Made by a program: the position numbers and the translations under genes
Notes under the pieces: model-generated
The model's input: only the letters and a program-made list of their open reading frames with translations
Database searches by the model: none
Told to the model about the DNA's origin: nothing
Shown: positions 58,443 through 64,000 of the stretch, in pieces
How the letters are laid out: every line of letters starts with the position of its first letter
How positions within the stretch are numbered: the first letter of the stretch is position 1
Source of the DNA: a virus
Taxonomy: Duplodnaviria > Caudoviricetes
DNA length: 64,000 nt
Reading direction: 5' to 3' (one strand)
Virus record (IMG/VR): IMGVR_UViG_3300021255_000040
Location: 1-64,000 of that record

Positions 58443-59016
58443 TGAAAAGGTCTGTCTGAAGCAAGGACTAACCTTAAATGAGGCTATGATTGCCCAGACT
58501 ATCAGGTACGGTGATTTTGAGGAAGACCTAGACAATCTGATAGCAAGGGGGATTATAGTTGAGAAGAATGGGCAACATTTTATTGACAGTAAATGGGAGA
58601 CTAAACTTGAGAAAATATTTAAGGTCAGGGATAAGGATGAACTGGAGGCTCTGGCTACAAAAATTCAAGGGTGCTTCCCTGCTGGAAAGATGCGTGATAA
58701 ATTTGGTAGGGAGACTACCTATTATTATCGCTGCAACAAAGCTGTCATCAAGGATCATTTGAGAATGTTCTTTGAGAACTATGGTGATGTTCCTGATGAA
58801 GAGATTATAGATGCTACTCGCAGATATGTTGCTTCATTTAAGGGCAATTATAACGGCAGAATGCGTCTGGCTAAGTATTTCATTTGGAAGAATGATAAGC
58901 AGCCTACCTCTGATGATACCATCCAGATTAATCAGATTTCTGACCTTGCAGACTTCTTAGAAAATAAAGAAGAGACTGTAGCAGATACAAGTGATTGGAA
59001 CACTCAAACACTATGA
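58426..59016 (+). CDS. Putative replication initiator/helicase loader, paralog 2
   Basis: Same motif series (MKITID..; LA.K.Q..FP.GK; AT.RYV.SF..MRL.KYFI.K). Confidence 0.55.
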   Translation: MKITIDEKVCLKQGLTLNEAMIAQTIRYGDFEEDLDNLIARGIIVEKNGQHFIDSKWETKLEKIFKVRDKDELEALATKIQGCFPAGKMRDKFGRETTYYYRCNKAVIKDHLRMFFENYGDVPDEEIIDATRRYVASFKGNYNGRMRLAKYFIWKNDKQPTSDDTIQINQISDLADFLENKEETVADTSDWNTQTL

Positions 59017-60176
59017 GCAAATTCTCTGAGATACAGGAGGAGAATAAACTTAGGAGAGAAAGAATTGTAGAGGGCAAGTATAATTGTCTGCCATTTCCAT
59101 TTAAGAGATTCAGCAAAGTTTATCCTGGCATTGAGCAAGGAAAATTTCTCATACTTACCGCAAATCAAAAAGTGGGAAAGAGTAAACTGGCTGATTACCT
59201 TTTTATATATGAGCCTCTGTTCAATATGTTGGACAAGGATGGGCCAAAGGTTAAAGTCATCTATTTCTCACTGGAGATGTCAGCTAAGGAGAAGTACAAT
59301 GAGTTTCTGTGTCACCTTCTATATAGGTTAGACAAGATTCACATTGATACAAGAAGGCTAAGAAGTGTGGATAAACCTTGTGACCCTCATGTCTTTGAGC
59401 TACTGGAGTCTGACAGGTATCAGCGTTATATTAGGGCTTATGAGGAAATGGTTATCTTTAATGATACTGACAAAAATCCTACTGGCATCAGGAAGTTCTA
59501 CCGTGATTATGCATTGGCTCATGGGCATTATAACTATGTAGTGGTTCAAGAGACTAATGAGATTACTGGAGAACTGGAAGACAAGAAGATTATTGACCCT
59601 ATTAAGCCCTACACTCAGGATGATGAAGATGAATACAGGATTATCATTCTTGACAATGCAGCTAATATCTCAACAGAAAAGAACTATGAGACACTGAAAA
59701 AAGCCATTGAGAAAGTCTCTAAGGATGGTATTGTTGCTAAGAAACAACTGAATTATATATTTGTATTGATTCAGCATCAGGCTCAGGCTCAGGAAGGTAT
59801 TGAGAATATTAAACTGGGCAGAATGCGACCAACCTCAGATGGTTTGGGTGATGCCAAAACTACCTCAAGAGACTTGAACTGCTTAATTGGCCTGTATAAC
59901 CCTATTAAGTTTCTTGCAGAGACACAACAGGAAATTTATGAAGGTTACAACATCAAGAAGCTCTCAAAGCATTGTAGATTCCTTGAAGTCATTGAGGACA
60001 GAGACTATGGTGCAGGTGGTTATCAGTGTGGTTTGTTCTTTGATGGTGCTACCAGTACCTTTAAGGAATTGCCTAAAACTAATGACATAGAAGGACTGGA
60101 AAGATATTACAGTTACATTAAGTCTCTGGAGTCTCTTGAGGACAATAATACCCTTCAATTAACTCATCCTAAGTAA
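58995..60176 (+). CDS. DnaB-like replicative helicase
   Basis: 'A..KVGKS', 'YFSLEMS', 'IIILD', 'IQHQ', 'GL.D.K...RD'. Confidence 0.8.
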   Translation: MEHSNTMSKFSEIQEENKLRRERIVEGKYNCLPFPFKRFSKVYPGIEQGKFLILTANQKVGKSKLADYLFIYEPLFNMLDKDGPKVKVIYFSLEMSAKEKYNEFLCHLLYRLDKIHIDTRRLRSVDKPCDPHVFELLESDRYQRYIRAYEEMVIFNDTDKNPTGIRKFYRDYALAHGHYNYVVVQETNEITGELEDKKIIDPIKPYTQDDEDEYRIIILDNAANISTEKNYETLKKAIEKVSKDGIVAKKQLNYIFVLIQHQAQAQEGIENIKLGRMRPTSDGLGDAKTTSRDLNCLIGLYNPIKFLAETQQEIYEGYNIKKLSKHCRFLEVIEDRDYGAGGYQCGLFFDGATSTFKELPKTNDIEGLERYYSYIKSLESLEDNNTLQLTHPK

Positions 60177-60281
60177 CTCCCTTCAATTTTTATATCAACA
60201 ATTTAAGCAGGATAATCTTCTCATTTTGGGAGGTTATCTTTGCAGTCACTAACATTTTAAAAGAGTAGAAGAAATAAAAGT

Positions 60282-61004
60282 ATGGCAACAATTATTGCAA
60301 TTCTAGGTGCTTCTGGTGACGGTAAGACCACTAGCACAATCATTAATCCAGATGGAAAGTTTGACCTTGAGAACTATCAGGGCATGGATCCAAAGTCTCA
60401 TTTCATTATTAACTTGGACAGAAAGACTCTGCCTTTCCCTGGAGGAATGTGGGACACAGCTCACAAGAACTATATGGAACCTAAGACATTTGATGAAATC
60501 AGGAAGGGCTTGGAATACTGTGCCAAGAATCCTGAGATTAAGTCTGTGGCCATTGATACCATTAATATATGGCTCTCCATGAAAGAGTTTAATGACCGTA
60601 AGAAGATGTCCTTTGACCAGTGGAGAGATATTGCCAATGATGTCATTGAGCTGAATATTCTCTGTAATACCACTCTGCGTAAAGACCAGACTGTCTATAT
60701 CTTTGGGCATACCATGCTTCAGACACAGCAGGATGGTACAGAGAAGATGGTATTCTCTGTGATTGGTAAAAAGCTCACTAAGACCCAGCCTGAGGGATTT
60801 TATCCTATTGTTCTGATGACCCGTGTAGACTATGGTGATGATGGTCAGAATAAGTATTTCTTCCAGACTAAGGCTAATCACAGTAGTGCTAAGTCACCAC
60901 TTGGACTATTCTCAGACTTTGAGATTCCCAATAGCCTGAAGCTGGTTGATAATGCTATTCGCAAGTATTACAAGATGGATGAACAAGCTACAGGTGTAGC
61001 ATAA
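60282..61004 (+). CDS. AAA_24/Sak4-like P-loop ATPase
   Basis: 'ILGASGDGKTTS', 'IDT', 'GH', 'AKSP.GLF...IPN.L'; TATCTTTG at 60235-60242. Confidence 0.8.
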   Translation: MATIIAILGASGDGKTTSTIINPDGKFDLENYQGMDPKSHFIINLDRKTLPFPGGMWDTAHKNYMEPKTFDEIRKGLEYCAKNPEIKSVAIDTINIWLSMKEFNDRKKMSFDQWRDIANDVIELNILCNTTLRKDQTVYIFGHTMLQTQQDGTEKMVFSVIGKKLTKTQPEGFYPIVLMTRVDYGDDGQNKYFFQTKANHSSAKSPLGLFSDFEIPNSLKLVDNAIRKYYKMDEQATGVA

Positions 61005-61039
61005 GGAAATAAATCATTTAATTAATTCAAACAAATCGT

Positions 61040-61558
61040 ATGGAAAAAAGAATTTCATGTTCTCAGTTCATGATTGTGAAGAATGTAGCCAAGGCTATTG
61101 ACCCTGTTGTGCGTCAGAAGGCTACCATTCAGGCTAAGATTAACAACATTGAAGAGGACTACAAGAAGAAGGAAGAGGAAGAGATGGCCAAACTGAAGCA
61201 GCGTCTGGAAAAAGGCAAGGCTAAGAAGCTGGAGGCTCTGAATGCTGAGTTACAGGCTAAGGATGGTCAGATTGAGGCTCTTGAGTCTGGTGTGGTTAAG
61301 ATTGTAGGATTCCATGTTACTGACCTTGTGAAGAAGGTTATGGAACCTAATGGTAAAGTGGATGATAAGGGTAATCCTATTAAGGTTACTAAGTTCCTGC
61401 CCACCGATATGATTTCTTATGATGAGCAGAAAAAGGAGTATGTCATCACTACTGCTGATGATGCAGAGCAGCCCATTGTTCCCCCTACTACAGAAGATGG
61501 CCCTGGTTCTGACTTTGATAAGGATGCAGAGCACAACAATCTCCCTTGGGAAAACTAA
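61040..61558 (+). CDS. Hypothetical coiled-coil protein
   Basis: 172 aa; acidic tail ending 'LPWEN'. Confidence 0.6.
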   Translation: MEKRISCSQFMIVKNVAKAIDPVVRQKATIQAKINNIEEDYKKKEEEEMAKLKQRLEKGKAKKLEALNAELQAKDGQIEALESGVVKIVGFHVTDLVKKVMEPNGKVDDKGNPIKVTKFLPTDMISYDEQKKEYVITTADDAEQPIVPPTTEDGPGSDFDKDAEHNNLPWEN

Positions 61559-61595
61559 ACAACAAGTATAACATTTAATTTATTGATAAACAATT

Positions 61596-62516
61596 ATGAA
61601 GAATTTTAATCGTTCATTCAGCCTTTTGGCTATTGGTAAGACAGCAGAGTCAACTGAGACTCAGGAGTTTAAGCGTTACATTGGATTGGCTAGCACCTTT
61701 GTGAAGGGTGTCAATCCCTCAAAGAAGGAACTTGATGAGTTCTTTGGTTATGAGTCTCAGGCAGAACCAGAGTATGTAGTAGATACTGATAATGGTAAGG
61801 AAGCAAGGATTACATTCCTCCTTGAGGTTGATCCTGCACAGACCAATGGTATTGAGCTGAAGACCAGAGCTATGTTTACCCTGCGTGCTACTCCTGCTTA
61901 TAACCGTGACCAGACTAAGGTTCAGGTTATTGATAACTATGGTAACTATACTTGGGCCAATGTTGATGATGCAAAAGCTGGCAATAAGCTGCTCTCTGCT
62001 GATGGCAAGGAGCTGAAGATTGACTCTAAGTATCGCATGGCTTGTGTTGGTGAGTGTGACTTGGTAGCTTTCCTTAAAGCTTATCTTTGTGCAGAGGATG
62101 TCATGAAGTATGTTAATGGCTCTTGGATCAAGAAGGACAATCCTGATGAGTATAAGTTTGCTCTGGAGCACATCAAGGATTACTTCACTGGTAACTTCTC
62201 TGAGATTAAGGAAGCACTTGCTTTGCGTCCTAACAATAAGGTGAAGCTACTCTATGGTGTTCGCACTACTGATGAGGGCAAGCAGTATCAGGCTGTATGT
62301 ACTCGTGGTGAACTGATTCTGCGTAACTCTGCTGGTGTGAATGCACTGACAAAGCTGGAGAGGGATTTGGCTAATGCTAAGAACAATGGTGCTTACCAGA
62401 ATACAGATTATAAGGTTCAGGAGCTTCAGGAGTGGACTGTAGAGCCTACCAATTTGGAGCAGGCTCCTGCATCAGCAGACTCAGGCAGTTCAAGTGAGCT
62501 TCCTTGGGAGGCATAA
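61596..62516 (+). CDS. Single-stranded DNA-binding protein (crAss-type)
   Basis: 'FKRYIG.....V..VNP..KEL', 'K.Q.ID.YG...W', acidic tail 'ELPWEA'; precedes primase. Confidence 0.65.
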   Translation: MKNFNRSFSLLAIGKTAESTETQEFKRYIGLASTFVKGVNPSKKELDEFFGYESQAEPEYVVDTDNGKEARITFLLEVDPAQTNGIELKTRAMFTLRATPAYNRDQTKVQVIDNYGNYTWANVDDAKAGNKLLSADGKELKIDSKYRMACVGECDLVAFLKAYLCAEDVMKYVNGSWIKKDNPDEYKFALEHIKDYFTGNFSEIKEALALRPNNKVKLLYGVRTTDEGKQYQAVCTRGELILRNSAGVNALTKLERDLANAKNNGAYQNTDYKVQELQEWTVEPTNLEQAPASADSGSSSELPWEA

Positions 62517-62608
62517 TAATATGAAAGGTCAGGAATAAGGGCTAAGTCGCCAAGCGTCTAATACTTATTTCTGAACCTTTCTTTTTAACCCTTTAAAGTG
62601 ATAATCTT

Positions 62609-63691
62609 ATGATAGTAGGCAAAACAACATCCAGTATCTCTATTCCAGAGTTATTTGAAAAGTATTCAGAGATTAAGATACTCACAGCAGTATTCCCAGA
62701 GATAACCAGTATTCCTTGTAGAATCCAGTCTCCATTCAGAGTTGACAACAATCCATCATTCAGCATCTATCTTGACAATGACAATCACATCAAGTTCAAG
62801 GACTTTGGAGACAGTGATTGCAGAGGCAGTCTCTTGGATTTGCTTTGTAAGAAATGGAACTGTACTTTCAACCAAGTCTTTGATAAAATACTGGAACTGA
62901 TGTCTAAACAGGAAGGTTCAGAGGTCAATCTTAGAATGAAACAGATTAAGACTCTCACTAGAAAAGAAGCTTCTGAGCTTACTAAGATTCAAGTTAAAGT
63001 CAGACCTTGGCAGAAGTATGATGAAGAATATTGGAAGAGCTATGGGGTGGAGAAACAATGGTTAAAACACTCAGAAATTTATCCTATTAGTCATAAAATT
63101 ATCACTAAAAAGAATTCCCAAACAGGTAAAACTACTAAATACACATTCCCTGTTCCTAAATACTGTTATTGCTATGTTGAAAGAAAAGAGGGTAAATTGT
63201 CTTTAAAGCTATATTCTCCGTTCAGTAAAGATTATAAATGGTGTTCTAAAATGGATGCCAGTGTCATTTCTCTATGGACTAAAGTTCCTGAATATGGAGA
63301 TAAAATTATCATTGCTTCCTCTACTAAAGACGCATTATGCATTTCCTGTAACCTTCACATACCTGCTGTTGCCCCACAAGGTGAAGCCTACAACCTTTCT
63401 GATACAGCAGTTTCAGAATTAAAAAGAAGATACAAGAATGTGTACATTGCTTTTGATGGGGATAAAGCAGGATTAGCCGATGCTAAAAAATTAGCCAATT
63501 CTACAGGTTTTAAAACTCTCAGTTGCCCCATTCTCAAGACTCCTTCTGAGGATAGAAAGGAAGTAGTTGCTCTTATATCAGAGGGATTAGAGAAAAAAGA
63601 TATGGCAAAAGATTGGTCTGATATATTCCTATATTTTGGCAATGATAGGTTTACAGAAGAATTTAATAAAGCCTTAGACTATGCAAACTGA
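62609..63691 (+). CDS. DnaG-like primase (TOPRIM)
   Basis: 'SPFR.DN.PSF', 'KDFG', 'SS.KDA', 'APQGE', 'FDGD.AG', 'KD.SD'. Confidence 0.85.
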   Translation: MIVGKTTSSISIPELFEKYSEIKILTAVFPEITSIPCRIQSPFRVDNNPSFSIYLDNDNHIKFKDFGDSDCRGSLLDLLCKKWNCTFNQVFDKILELMSKQEGSEVNLRMKQIKTLTRKEASELTKIQVKVRPWQKYDEEYWKSYGVEKQWLKHSEIYPISHKIITKKNSQTGKTTKYTFPVPKYCYCYVERKEGKLSLKLYSPFSKDYKWCSKMDASVISLWTKVPEYGDKIIIASSTKDALCISCNLHIPAVAPQGEAYNLSDTAVSELKRRYKNVYIAFDGDKAGLADAKKLANSTGFKTLSCPILKTPSEDRKEVVALISEGLEKKDMAKDWSDIFLYFGNDRFTEEFNKALDYAN

Positions 63692-64000
63692 AGAAATTTG
63701 GAAAGATATTCCAGGATATAACGGAAGATACCAAGCAAGTAATCTAGGAAGAATTAGAAGTACAGATAAAACGGTGCTTAAGAATAATGGTGTTTTAGGG
63801 CCTTATAAAGGCAAAATCCTTAGATTATTTGAAGGAACAGGTGGTTATATGTATGTAGCTATAGCTAAAGAACAAAATAAGTTTCAAGCGAAAAGATTAC
63901 ATAGAGTAATTGCAGAAACATTTATTCCTAATCCTTTAAATCTACCACAAGTAAATCATATTAATGAGGATAAGAAAGACAATAGAGCAGAAAACTTAGA
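63681..64000 (+). CDS. NUMOD4-HNH homing endonuclease (partial)
   Basis: MQTEEIWKDIPGYNGRYQASNLGRIRS..LHRVIAETFIPNP.NLPQVNHINEDK.DN. Confidence 0.88.
   Translation, partial: MQTEEIWKDIPGYNGRYQASNLGRIRSTDKTVLKNNGVLGPYKGKILRLFEGTGGYMYVAIAKEQNKFQAKRLHRVIAETFIPNPLNLPQVNHINEDKKDNRAENL

Noticed and set aside
55063-63642. Minus-strand ORFs in the replication region (e.g. 57921..58535, 60303..60881)
   Set aside because: Antisense to clear replication genes.
1-64000. Stop-codon reassignment (TAG or TGA), as in some crAss-like phages
   Set aside because: Core genes are full length in the standard code, all three stops end real genes, no suppressor tRNA was found, and the two internal stops are of different types.

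Overview
A 64-kb segment of a crAss-like (Crassvirales) bacteriophage genome, probably infecting Bacteroidales (host-type TAnnTTTG promoters, Bacteroidales-type integrase), in the standard genetic code. Minus strand 1-29.4 kb is the virion morphogenesis block: portal (partial), cargo, muzzle/tail-stabilisation, ring proteins, hubs, fibre, auxiliary capsid, MCP, scaffold-like protein, TerL and a GroES-like gene, with two related GIY-YIG homing endonucleases. At 29.8-31.1 kb an intact tyrosine integrase sits beside an attP-like copy of a tRNA-Ser 3' end, suggesting a temperate crAssvirus. 31-37.5 kb (minus) holds tRNA-fMet, a ~370-nt structured ncRNA candidate and a compact 7-gene module of unknown function. 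The strands switch at ~37.6 kb. The plus arm has a duplicated early gene, a conserved 29-bp promoter-like motif, a pseudoknotted small RNA, two AGR tRNA-Arg genes, HNH endonucleases, a hypervariable small-ORF array ending in an integrase remnant, an inverted 4-gene cassette, and replication genes (SF2 helicase, paired initiator-like genes behind phased palindromes, DnaB-like helicase, AAA ATPase, SSB, primase). All calls come from motif recognition and gene order only; no database search was run.
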